From: an uncultured Candidatus Saccharibacteria bacterium
GTDB lineage: Bacteria; Patescibacteriota; Doudnabacteria; UBA920
Length of the DNA: 64,000 nucleotides
Direction: 5' to 3'
Assembly (NCBI GenBank): GCA_964631145.1
Contig: CAZVXT010000001.1
Location: 553,797-617,796, forward strand
Below are positions 51,439 through 59,826 of this stretch, piece by piece. Under the pieces are notes generated by a model. It was not told where the DNA came from and made no database searches. It was given only the letters and a program-made list of their open reading frames with translations. The first letter of the stretch is position 1. Each line of letters starts with the position of its first letter. Made by a program: the position numbers and the translations under genes.

Positions 51439-51669
51439 TTATGATAGTAAATATTTTAAGAATCCTATTAATGTATCAATAACAGTTTTAAGAACTGGAA
51501 TTGATGAAGGCAGTAATACAACTAAAAGAATTAAGTATATAAAATTCTTTTTCAGAACTTGAATTACAGAATAAACCAATAATCCAGCAATAATAAAAGG
51601 GATGACTGGGCGAATAAACTCTGGAAAAATATTGAGGATGCTATTATAAATATCTATTAAAGCTGTCAT
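51439..51669 (-). CDS. Small membrane protein (76 aa)
   Basis: Two hydrophobic helices; same strand as lexA. Confidence 0.35.
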   Translation of the reverse strand: MTALIDIYNSILNIFPEFIRPVIPFIIAGLLVYSVIQVLKKNFIYLILLVVLLPSSIPVLKTVIDTLIGFLKYLLS

Positions 51670-51677
51670 AAATTTAT

Positions 51678-52241
51678 TTAAATTGCTAATGATATATTTG
51701 GGTAGTCAAATATATCTTTTATGAATCTATCAAAAGTATCCTTTCTATCCTGAAATTCTTGCTGCGACATAACAGTGTAATTAATTTCTGTGTTAACTAG
51801 TTCACTATATTTTGTTATAAAATCTCCAAGCTTATTGTTATGCTTTCCTACCAATAAAATATCTACAGGCAAATTAGGTTGCATTACAAAAATTCCTGAT
51901 AAAACAATTTGCTTATAAGAACCAGTGGTTTTGATCCCTGCTAGCAAAGGATCTATGGTAGAAGATAATACATTATTAGTTTTCTGTAATTCCGTCTTTA
52001 TATTCTTTATCAAACCGCTATTAGAATTAACCTGATAAAACAACTCTTCTTCTTTATTAGAAGTTAATAGTAATTGATGATAAGCCAAACTTTTAAGTGC
52101 GCTAATAATTTGAGGTTTTGGACGACCAATGATAGTAACCAACTCCCCCGCGGCGTAAGCTCGGGGTACTGAAAATAGCATGTAAGTCAACAAATCTGTC
52201 TGAACTTCAGATTCTAAAATTTTTGATAAAATAGCTAACAT
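51678..52241 (-). CDS. Hypothetical protein
   Basis: ORF-track start 52343 overlaps the divergent gene; internal ATG at 52241 (MLAILSKIL…) gives a clean divergent promoter region. Confidence 0.45.
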   Translation of the reverse strand: MLAILSKILESEVQTDLLTYMLFSVPRAYAAGELVTIIGRPKPQIISALKSLAYHQLLLTSNKEEELFYQVNSNSGLIKNIKTELQKTNNVLSSTIDPLLAGIKTTGSYKQIVLSGIFVMQPNLPVDILLVGKHNNKLGDFITKYSELVNTEINYTVMSQQEFQDRKDTFDRFIKDIFDYPNISLAI

Positions 52242-52307
52242 ATTACTAATATTATACCATGTGGTGTTCCCACTCTGAATAAATGATATAATGAATATAA
52301 GAATAAT

Positions 52308-54341
52308 ATGAACCAAACAGAAACACAAGTTGTAAAAATCCACTTAGGAGATAACAAACAAACTAGCAGTTTTATATATACTTTGGCTGATTCTATCGAA
52401 GAAACTGGTGTAGAAATATACCTAGTTTGTGAATTACCTTTATTTAACCCCGCAGCAAGCAATGATTGCCAAAAAATCGCAGAAGCTATCGCTGGCTCTC
52501 TTCGCCGTAGCTATTCTAAAGCAGGAAAGATTAACATATTTGAAAATGCACTTTCTGCAATCAATGAAGAATTAGGAAAATTAATTAACATAGGCAAAAC
52601 TCACTGGCTAGGAAAGCTTAATGCTATTGTAGCGGCAAAACAAAATGACATATTAAGCATTTCTTCTGTGGGAAAAGTGTCTTCCCTATTATACCGAGAT
52701 AACGAATTTGTCTCTGTATCAGAAAGCACAAATTCTACACAACACTTAAAAACATTTGAAAACTTCTCTGAAGGTAAATTAAGACTAGGAGATATTTTAG
52801 TTCTATCCACATCTCAACTATTTAATCACATTTCTGCAGATAGAATTAAAAAACTACTTTCAAAAAGCGATCTACCAACTGTTGCCGATACAGTTATAAA
52901 TTTGCTTCAAGATGAACTTGGACCAGATGTTGCCTGTGCCACTATTTTTGCGGCTCAAGTTGAAGCTGGATCCATAGTTGATGAAGAGGTGGAATTGCAG
53001 CAATATTTAGACAATCAAAAAATTGAAGCACCGTCTACGATGTCTCAGGTAAAGCAACTGGTGCCTACAAAAACATGGGAATCTCTTGGTACTGCAAAAA
53101 AAATATCTCAAAATATATGGCAAGATGTTTATAAAAAATATCTAAAGCCAAGCTATTGGAAAAGTTTAGTAAACAATAGCGGCAAAACTTTGCAGGTTGT
53201 TCAAAATAGACTGTCCAGCACAGCTAGCAAAGTTAAACCATCAACAGTTTCTAACAATATCAGCAACTATAGCAAACAGAAAAAAATATTTTTTGCTTCT
53301 GCATTAATATTACTTATTGTTTTAGGCGCAAATATTACAATTAACAAAATTAAGTCTAACAAAAATAATACAATTGCGGCTTATGATTCTCAAATTTCTA
53401 ATATAGAAAAGCTAATTAATGACAGCAATGCGGCACTATTATACGATAATCAATCTCAAGCCGGCGATTTATATAACCAGATCAAAGATTTGTTAAATTT
53501 ACCTGAAGATAAGTTATCTAGCGAACAGCTGAGTAAATATCAATCGTTAAAATCCCAAGCAGACGAACTTAACAAAAAAATTACCAAAACAGATAGTGTG
53601 GATGTTTCGGAGATCGGTAGCTTAAGCAATAGCAATAACTTAATAAACTTAAGTAATTATCTAGCAACGGAAACCAACCGTACAATAGTTAGCTACAATA
53701 AAACCACAAAGAAGATAGAAGACAATACTTTAAAGTTAAGCGAAAGTGTAGTGGCTAGCGTCGCCTTGCAAAACAATCTGGCAGCAGTTTATACAGGTAA
53801 TGATATAGTTTTGTGGTCGCCTTCTGATGGAATTATTAAAGGTAGGTTTAGCGATAACTTACCATCAAAAAATGATTTCGGTGGAATCACAACATATAGC
53901 ACTAATAATAAAGTCTATTTTATAGACAAAAATTCAGGTGAAGTAAAAAGCTTAGCCCCTTCATCAACTGGTTTTTCTAATTTAACAACCTCCTTTAGCG
54001 ACCCAAGATTAAAATCTGCAAATAGTATTGCCATCGATAGTAATATTTACTTTATTTCTGGCGGAAAGGTAATTAAATTTAATTCAGGTAAAGAACAAAC
54101 CTTTAATGCTGCGGTTTCTAATCTACCGGACAGTGCAAAGATTTACACTTCTGTTGGAGCACAAAGAATTTATATCCTAAATCCACAAAGCAAGCAGTTG
54201 ACCATTCTTAACAAGGATGGAACCCTAGTTAAAAGCATCTCTAGCGACAAGTTTAGCGACCTAAAAGACTTTGCGATAGATGAAAAAAATAACACAGCTT
54301 ATATATTAAGCGGCACAAGTTTGTTAAAAGTATCATTATAA
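52308..54341 (+). CDS. PP2C-like (PPM-family-like) domain protein with central TM helix and C-terminal repeat-rich extracytoplasmic domain
   Basis: GDILVLSTSQLFNHIS and DVACATIFAAQV resemble PPM motifs 8 and 11; TM IFFASALILLIVLGANITI; C-terminal repeated hydrophobic-Y-F/I-I strands. Confidence 0.4.
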   Translation: MNQTETQVVKIHLGDNKQTSSFIYTLADSIEETGVEIYLVCELPLFNPAASNDCQKIAEAIAGSLRRSYSKAGKINIFENALSAINEELGKLINIGKTHWLGKLNAIVAAKQNDILSISSVGKVSSLLYRDNEFVSVSESTNSTQHLKTFENFSEGKLRLGDILVLSTSQLFNHISADRIKKLLSKSDLPTVADTVINLLQDELGPDVACATIFAAQVEAGSIVDEEVELQQYLDNQKIEAPSTMSQVKQLVPTKTWESLGTAKKISQNIWQDVYKKYLKPSYWKSLVNNSGKTLQVVQNRLSSTASKVKPSTVSNNISNYSKQKKIFFASALILLIVLGANITINKIKSNKNNTIAAYDSQISNIEKLINDSNAALLYDNQSQAGDLYNQIKDLLNLPEDKLSSEQLSKYQSLKSQADELNKKITKTDSVDVSEIGSLSNSNNLINLSNYLATETNRTIVSYNKTTKKIEDNTLKLSESVVASVALQNNLAAVYTGNDIVLWSPSDGIIKGRFSDNLPSKNDFGGITTYSTNNKVYFIDKNSGEVKSLAPSSTGFSNLTTSFSDPRLKSANSIAIDSNIYFISGGKVIKFNSGKEQTFNAAVSNLPDSAKIYTSVGAQRIYILNPQSKQLTILNKDGTLVKSISSDKFSDLKDFAIDEKNNTAYILSGTSLLKVSL

Positions 54342-54407
54342 AATAAAACCCAGCCTTGACTCGGGCTTTATTTTATGGTAATTTTATAAAAATTTCAGGA
54401 GGCATTT

Positions 54408-55001
54408 ATGAGAGAACAACCGCATACAGATATTACTGATGTAATGCTAGTTAATGGATATAAGACATTAAAAGCAATGCTATTATTTAATTATTTTACT
54501 GTTGGGCAAGTGTGCGAACATGCACAAGTTACCAGTGACTTTGTTAATCTTGTAATACAAGATTTTTCATTAGCTCAATATTTTCAACACTACGAAGAAA
54601 ATGATAATCCACTTGATTCGGAATATGTATTATCAAGTCAGGGCTGGAATGAAATATTTCAAATATCTGAAAATATGTATAACAACCAAATTTTAGTGCA
54701 TAGCACTTTAAATAGATTAGTAACTAAAGGCTTAATAAATGTTTATCCAGCCAACGATGAAACAATCATTGAAAGCCTAAAAATGACAGAAATTACTTTA
54801 GATGAATGTTTCAAATCTGATAAAAAATCGGTTAAAGAATTTAAATTAAGTGTTGCTAAATTTTATCTTGATTCATTAATCAATCATACAAAAGGTATTC
54901 AGGTTCTTGAACCTGAAAAACCAGATGTTCAAGAACTGGCAAAAAAAGTGAATCAGTGTATAAAAAAATTTCAAGAATATTCTGAAACATTAGCACAATA
55001 A
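54408..55001 (+). CDS. Hypothetical protein
   Basis: CAGGAGG RBS; 197 aa, no domain. Confidence 0.45.
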   Translation: MREQPHTDITDVMLVNGYKTLKAMLLFNYFTVGQVCEHAQVTSDFVNLVIQDFSLAQYFQHYEENDNPLDSEYVLSSQGWNEIFQISENMYNNQILVHSTLNRLVTKGLINVYPANDETIIESLKMTEITLDECFKSDKKSVKEFKLSVAKFYLDSLINHTKGIQVLEPEKPDVQELAKKVNQCIKKFQEYSETLAQ

Positions 55002-55003
55002 AA

Positions 55004-55035
55004 ATAGACCTCTACATGTAGAGGTCTTTTATTTT
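55004..55035. terminator. Bidirectional intrinsic terminator
   Basis: 22-nt perfect palindrome agacctctacatgtagaggtct plus T-run. Confidence 0.65.
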
Positions 55036-55448
55036 CAACATTCTGATAACATTGTCGAAATTTTTAGGTCTTTTATAATTCTATCAAAATCTATACCAAA
55101 AACAATTGAACTTATATCTTCCGCATCGCTTGTGCTTTTATTTTTAGCATACTCATAGCTAACTTTTTGTTTCCACCCACACGCACAATCCCATACAAAT
55201 TCGAAATCATAAATTGTTATGATTTTAAATTTATTACTTGGCAATAAAATATATTTATCAGCAAAAATAATTCTTTTTTCTCTAAAGTCATAAGGTAAAA
55301 ACAAGGCTTCTTCTTCAGTCAAAAAATCAGCGTTCTCTGCCATATAAATTTTTCCGCAAACACACTCTGCATCTTCTACCATAGAAGACAAAAAATCAAA
55401 CTCTTCCAAAACTTCTTTAATTTCTTCAAATGTTAAATTTTGAATCAT
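55035..55448 (-). CDS. Hypothetical protein
   Basis: 137-aa ORF; Cys pairs CVCGK…CACGW. Confidence 0.4.
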   Translation of the reverse strand: MIQNLTFEEIKEVLEEFDFLSSMVEDAECVCGKIYMAENADFLTEEEALFLPYDFREKRIIFADKYILLPSNKFKIITIYDFEFVWDCACGWKQKVSYEYAKNKSTSDAEDISSIVFGIDFDRIIKDLKISTMLSEC

Positions 55449-55564
55449 TATTAATATCCCCCGTTTTATATTTTGAATAAATAATACAGCAACTGTGCAG
55501 CCATGTAAAGCTTGACGCTAGACATAGTTAAACCTATAATACTTAAAAAATACGGAGGAGATTT

Positions 55565-56155
55565 ATGAACATAGAGAAGGTTTTTACATATGATACTTTG
55601 CAAGTTGATTTATATACGGTTCTACATATATCTCTAGGTATGAAAAAAGTTTCAACAGGATTGATATATGAGATAACCACTATACATATGCCAAGAATTG
55701 CCGGACTACTTAATCCGTTTCAAGATTATTTTGAGCCCAATTTTTGCTTTAATGAATTTAGGTTTATTGAAAGAACTATCACAAATCCACGAGTGATGGA
55801 AATAGCTCGAAATAACATATGGAATGATCACATATCACGTCCTAGAATTTTTAGACGTTTGATTAGGCAAAAGTTATGGATGAGCTTAGAGCAAAGTGAA
55901 GACAGATATAAGCAAGCGTGCTTAGCATTAAATGAACTAATTTCAAAAGTAGAAAATTCTGAAAAAAGCCAGCAATTAATAGCTCAAAATATTTTCTCAC
56001 TAATAAGCAGTAAAATTAAATTCCTAGAAGACATTGAAGCCGAGTTTAAAATTCTCTACAAAGATGCCATGCAAAACCCTCAATCTAAGCATTATAAAGA
56101 CTGGTGTAATAAAGTAATTTTTCAAAGAAAAATAAATATAATTACACCATTTTAG
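55565..56155 (+). CDS. Hypothetical protein
   Basis: CGGAGGAG RBS; 196 aa. Confidence 0.45.
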   Translation: MNIEKVFTYDTLQVDLYTVLHISLGMKKVSTGLIYEITTIHMPRIAGLLNPFQDYFEPNFCFNEFRFIERTITNPRVMEIARNNIWNDHISRPRIFRRLIRQKLWMSLEQSEDRYKQACLALNELISKVENSEKSQQLIAQNIFSLISSKIKFLEDIEAEFKILYKDAMQNPQSKHYKDWCNKVIFQRKINIITPF

Positions 56156-56161
56156 AATAAT

Positions 56162-56194
56162 AAAAAAACTCCCAATTAAGGGAGTCTTTTTTAT
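56162..56194. terminator. Bidirectional intrinsic terminator
   Basis: actccc-aattaa-gggagt hairpin with A7/T8 flanks. Confidence 0.65.
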
Positions 56195-56203
56195 TTGAAA
56201 CTA

Positions 56204-56608
56204 TTATTTCAAGTTTACAGTAGCACCAGCTTCTTCTAATTTCTTTTTCAATTCTTCAGCTTCAGCTTTTGGAGCACCTTCTTTAACTACTTGAGGAGCG
56301 CCATCTACCATGTCTTTAGCTTCTTTTAAGCCTAGACCAGTAACTTCACGTACTACTTTAATAACATTGATTTTGTTATCACCAGCAGATACTAATTCAA
56401 CGTTAAATTCGTCTTTTTCTTCTGCTGCTGCAGCGCCTGCACCCGCAGGCATAGCACCCATCATCATAGGAGCTGCTGCTGACACACCAAATTTATCTTC
56501 TAGAACTTTTACTAATTCAGAAAGTTCTAATACAGACAATTTTTCTATTTGACCTACTAAGTCTGCAAATTTTGCAGGAACTTCTACAGTCTTGTTTTCT
56601 TCTGACAT
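56204..56608 (-). CDS. rplL: 50S ribosomal protein L7/L12
   Basis: N-terminal dimerisation helix, Ala/Gly-rich hinge, C-terminal [24 protein letters not shown]. Confidence 0.9.
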   Translation of the reverse strand: MSEENKTVEVPAKFADLVGQIEKLSVLELSELVKVLEDKFGVSAAAPMMMGAMPAGAGAAAAEEKDEFNVELVSAGDNKINVIKVVREVTGLGLKEAKDMVDGAPQVVKEGAPKAEAEELKKKLEEAGATVNLK

Positions 56609-56632
56609 TATTATATAAATTAATTAATAAAA

Positions 56633-57148
56633 TTATTTTTGAGCAACGGCATTAAGCACATTGATCAAACCACGAATGTTTCCAGCAAGAACATTTACGA
56701 AGCCAGAAACAGGAGCATTGATTGTACCAACGAGTTTTGCTCGTAGTTCGTCTTTGCTTGGAAGATCAGCCAAAGCCATCATCTGTGTACTATCTGCAAA
56801 TTTACCATCAACAACACCGCTCAAAATATTAATAGTTTTAATATCTTTGGAGATGTTTTTGATTATACGTGCAGGAGCTACCTCGTCTTGCTCTGAAACA
56901 GATAAAATCACAGGTAATTTATAATCTAATTCAGAAACTTGAATACCTTTTGCTTCAAAAGCTTTTTTGATCAAAGGAATTTTATAAACTTTTGCCTTTA
57001 CCCCTTCGCTACCCAAAGCACGACGAAGCTTATCCATTTCGACTACTGTAGTACCCCGGTATTCCGCTAACACTATAGATTTTGCAGATTCCAAACGAGA
57101 TGTTAACTCTTGGAAGTCTTGTTCTTTTTGTTGTCTTGTTTTTGCCAT
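56633..57148 (-). CDS. rplJ: 50S ribosomal protein L10
   Basis: MAKTRQQKEQDFQELTSRLESAKSIVLAEYRGTTVVEMDKLRR. Confidence 0.85.
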   Translation of the reverse strand: MAKTRQQKEQDFQELTSRLESAKSIVLAEYRGTTVVEMDKLRRALGSEGVKAKVYKIPLIKKAFEAKGIQVSELDYKLPVILSVSEQDEVAPARIIKNISKDIKTINILSGVVDGKFADSTQMMALADLPSKDELRAKLVGTINAPVSGFVNVLAGNIRGLINVLNAVAQK

Positions 57149-57210
57149 ATATTTCTTTCACTCTATAAAATACAGAGTATAATATCCGACCTTTTAACTG
57201 CATATCCGAA

Positions 57211-57234
57211 AATAAAAAACTCGGTTTCCCGAGC
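57211..57234 (-). promoter_or_regulatory. Terminator-like hairpin in rplJ leader (candidate L10 autoregulatory attenuator)
   Basis: On minus strand GCTCGG-GAAA-CCGAG followed by UUUUUUAUUUU, ~65 nt upstream of rplJ start, with no minus-strand gene ending there. Confidence 0.4.
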
Positions 57235-57369
57235 CAAATTATAATTACACTTTCTTTAAAAGGTGTAAAATATAATGTTCCTCGGTGGGCTTCTAACAAA
57301 TTTGATAGAATTTAAAGCCGTTTGGCCACCAACTGTCTTTGGATATTTAGTTAATAGTATTATACTACA

Positions 57370-57398
57370 TTGACTAAATTTGTCAAAACTGCTAAATT
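57370..57398 (+). promoter_or_regulatory. Sigma-70-type promoter with overlapping palindrome
   Basis: TTGACT-17 nt-TAAATT; palindrome TTGAC-TAAATTT-GTCAA overlaps -35. Confidence 0.4.
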
Positions 57399-57430
57399 AG
57401 CAAAAGATTTATTAGGGGGTATCTATACAT

Positions 57431-57763
57431 ATGGAAGGTGAAATACTGCTCCAACCTGAAGGCTCTGGGGTGCAATTAACTACTAGAAATTTATTTTTTA
57501 GTGCAGACTACATAATTAAAGGTTTTTGCTTTGAAAACCAAGACCATCACATGATTCTATGCTTTTTAAGCAAACTTGCTGGGAGAAAAGCTATAAAAAA
57601 ATTATTAGAACATGGGGTGATTAACGAATCTTTTGCTATAAAATTTGAAGAATATATTAAAAATTCAAATATTTCTGAATCTGAAAATGTTTATGATGAT
57701 ATACCATTTTATTGGGATAAAAAAAATTTAGTCCCCGAACAAAGATCAGAGTCTGTGCATTAA
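57431..57763 (+). CDS. Hypothetical protein
   Basis: GGGGG RBS; 110 aa. Confidence 0.45.
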   Translation: MEGEILLQPEGSGVQLTTRNLFFSADYIIKGFCFENQDHHMILCFLSKLAGRKAIKKLLEHGVINESFAIKFEEYIKNSNISESENVYDDIPFYWDKKNLVPEQRSESVH

Positions 57764-57774
57764 AATTATAAAAA

Positions 57775-57811
57775 TTTAAAAGCGACGAAATTTCGTCGCT
57801 TTATTTTTATA
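57775..57811. terminator. Bidirectional intrinsic terminator
   Basis: agcgacg-aaattt-cgtcgct hairpin plus T-run. Confidence 0.65.
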
Positions 57812-57815
57812 ACAA

Positions 57816-58295
57816 TTATTTACCCACCCAAGGATTACCATCATCGACACCACTATAAACACCAGAGGCTTTATTATTACGATCTATAACTTCTTGCTTT
57901 GCTTGCTTTGCGATTCTTTCCATATCCTCATAATCTAAAACTGGAAAATTACTCATTTTTTGAGCTGCCTCCCAAGCCAGGTTGAAGCCAACTTTCCAAT
58001 CTGGATTGTTTTGAGTAAAGCTCTCTTCTTTTAAAGCTTCTATTAAATCTTCTTTTACTCGCTCTATTCTATCTTCGGATACCTCATTATGATTTTGAGA
58101 AAGTGAGGATCTAAGTGCTTCGGAGTTTATAGCTAAAGCTGGGTTGATATCTTTTGCTGCTTGAGCGTAGTTATCTACTGCTTCTTTAGACCAAGCCTCG
58201 GACATTTCCTTTTCTTCTACTGTTCCCTCTTGACTCATTTGGTGCAAGTCTTCTATATCTGATCTTGCCCCATTAAATTTATCGAATTCACTCAT
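57816..58295 (-). CDS. Acidic hypothetical protein
   Basis: 159 aa, strongly acidic, helical. Confidence 0.45.
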   Translation of the reverse strand: MSEFDKFNGARSDIEDLHQMSQEGTVEEKEMSEAWSKEAVDNYAQAAKDINPALAINSEALRSSLSQNHNEVSEDRIERVKEDLIEALKEESFTQNNPDWKVGFNLAWEAAQKMSNFPVLDYEDMERIAKQAKQEVIDRNNKASGVYSGVDDGNPWVGK

Positions 58296-58394
58296 AATTT
58301 ATATATTAATTACTTTTATTATAACTTTTTTATAAAAATGGTTTTCCACAGCTTAATTAAAAAGAGCAATATTCCTATTGCTCTATTTTGGACT

Positions 58395-58679
58395 TCAAAG
58401 ATCAAGGCTTTGAAAGTCATGATTTGGTTTTGTGCTTTGCCACAAGATTGTGATCAAAGCCGCAACGCTCAACAACCCGAAAAGGATCAAAGTCAAAACT
58501 CCGGCTTGAGTTGCAAATTCTTCACCAAATCTTTGCATTGCGAGCAATGTCATAATGTCTTGAATTGGCGATGGAATTGTTTGTCCAGGACCAGCAATGA
58601 TGTGCTGAATCCATGCCACCAGAAAATTGGCAGCAAACAATGCAATGCTCAAAATTTTCCAATCAAAAATTTCTTTCAT
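58395..58679 (-). CDS. Hypothetical membrane protein
   Basis: AGGAGG RBS (rc of cctcct at 58686); two TM helices; preferred over overlapping + ORF. Confidence 0.4.
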   Translation of the reverse strand: MKEIFDWKILSIALFAANFLVAWIQHIIAGPGQTIPSPIQDIMTLLAMQRFGEEFATQAGVLTLILFGLLSVAALITILWQSTKPNHDFQSLDL

Positions 58680-58749
58680 TTTAACCTCCTATTTAAAAAT
58701 TTTAATACGATAATAAAGTTTAGGCAAATAAATTAACAGGTAATTTAAT

Positions 58750-58914
58750 TTACCATCTCTGACGACCAACTTTTCGTTGTTCGCGAAATTTTAATGTTTT
58801 ATTTTTATCATGAACCCGTCGCTCTCGACGCTTTTGCCTAGATTCGTTTTTAGATGCAACTGCATCAAAATTTGGATCCAAAGCTTTTATTTCGTTAGAG
58901 ACAGATAGCATCAT
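58750..58914 (-). CDS. rpsU: 30S ribosomal protein S21-like
   Basis: MLSVSNEIKALDPNFDAVASK…RQKRRERR…KTLKFREQRKVGRQRW aligns with S21 pattern; longer ORF to 58962 would abut the tRNA-like element. Confidence 0.35.
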   Translation of the reverse strand: MMLSVSNEIKALDPNFDAVASKNESRQKRRERRVHDKNKTLKFREQRKVGRQRW

Positions 58915-58965
58915 ATGTTCGCACCAGCCCTTGCTGATTAAGCTTTTTCTTATTTTTTTCATAAG

Positions 58966-59035
58966 GCACTAACAGGAATTGAACCTGTTATTCTAGATTA
59001 CTAGTCTAGCATATGTCCATTTGTACTTTAGCGCC
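58966..59035 (-). tRNA. tRNA-like element with AGU anticodon (possible tRNA-Thr(AGU) or pseudo-tRNA)
   Basis: Acceptor GGCGCTA/TAGTGCC, 3-bp D-stem, perfect anticodon stem CTAGA/TCTAG with loop CUAGUAA, T-arm ACAGG-TTCAATT-CCTGT; no CCA encoded. Confidence 0.35.
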
Positions 59036-59192
59036 AATATTCAATTTTGGAAGCACTACTTTTTGTAATACTCTCAAAAAAGAAGTGGTGTTGTATGCAG
59101 TTCTAAAATCTTTTCTCTAATTTTAGATCCATACCGGCACCACAGCCGAACTTGTTTTGGGACTTACACCCCCGGATCAGTTTCCGGATGCA

Positions 59193-59546
59193 TTACCAAC
59201 ATCTCGTATAAAACACAGTGTTGGTTGCCGTTGGTTGCTCGAAAGACATTTTGCTTTCCCACCACGAACCAAACGCCTTGCAGTAGCCAAGTTTTTTGAG
59301 ACGCTTATCACGCTCAGCAACTACAGCTTCTGATCTACGCTTGGCAGTGGTATAAAGCTTACCTTCCGAGTCCGTGCACTCACCGTTAGAATCAAATCTA
59401 CCAGGTGCAGGGCAATCTTCAACTCCGCTGCGAAACTCCTCCCACAAATCAGCCACTGCTTTTTGGGCAGCAAAATGATTTGCAAAAGTATTTCCAACGA
59501 CAACAATAGCGGCAAAAACAACGATAACAGCAATAATAGTTTTCAT
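59193..59546 (-). CDS. Secreted Cys-rich hypothetical protein
   Basis: GGAGG RBS; signal peptide MKTIIAVIVVFAAIVVVGNTFA; six Cys; locally elevated G+C. Confidence 0.45.
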   Translation of the reverse strand: MKTIIAVIVVFAAIVVVGNTFANHFAAQKAVADLWEEFRSGVEDCPAPGRFDSNGECTDSEGKLYTTAKRRSEAVVAERDKRLKKLGYCKAFGSWWESKMSFEQPTATNTVFYTRCW

Positions 59547-59586
59547 AATTTTATTTTCCTCTTTTTTATTTTTTATTTTAGACCAA

Positions 59587-59742
59587 TGGAGATGGCGGGA
59601 ATCGAACCCGCATCCAAGAATTTTAATACCTATTTATGCAGATTCAACTAAGTTTGCAGTCCTTAGTAACGCAAGTCCTTCTCGTGGTTGGTTATCCTTA
59701 CTTTCTACCCGGCTAAAATCCCTGTCGAAGCCTGTCACCCCC
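59587..59742 (-). ncRNA. ssrA: tmRNA-like gene (ssrA), unusually short (~156 nt), CCA not encoded
   Basis: 5' GGGGGUGACAGGCUUCGACAGGGAUUU matches the tmRNA 5' consensus; 3' GCGGGUUCGAUUCCCGCCAUCUCCA forms T-arm plus acceptor; G3-U70 Ala identity pair present; candidate tag ORF GCA AAC UUA GUU GAA UCU GCA UAA. Confidence 0.5.
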
Positions 59743-59789
59743 TTACCAATTTCCGAAATTTCTTTATAAAGCAATTCCGAAAAAAAGTG

Positions 59790-59822
59790 CGAAGCTAAAC
59801 AGCTTCGCAAGATATTAACCGT
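59790..59822 (-). terminator. Intrinsic terminator downstream of HicB-like gene
   Basis: On minus strand gcgaagc-uguuua-gcuucgc followed by U7. Confidence 0.6.
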
Positions 59823-59826
59823 GATG

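Noticed and set aside
58338-58736. 132-aa + ORF overlapping the 94-aa minus-strand membrane protein
   Set aside because: The minus-strand ORF has an AGGAGG RBS and a coherent two-TM hydrophobic profile, whereas the + ORF is Cys/Gln-rich and low-complexity. Only one can be real; the minus one was chosen with moderate confidence.
58966-59742. tRNA-like element as a direct-repeat att copy of the tmRNA 3' end (island boundaries)
   Set aside because: The two T-arm/acceptor sequences differ (…GGAATTGAACCTGT… versus …GGAATCGAACCCGC…), so they are not a duplicated attachment site.
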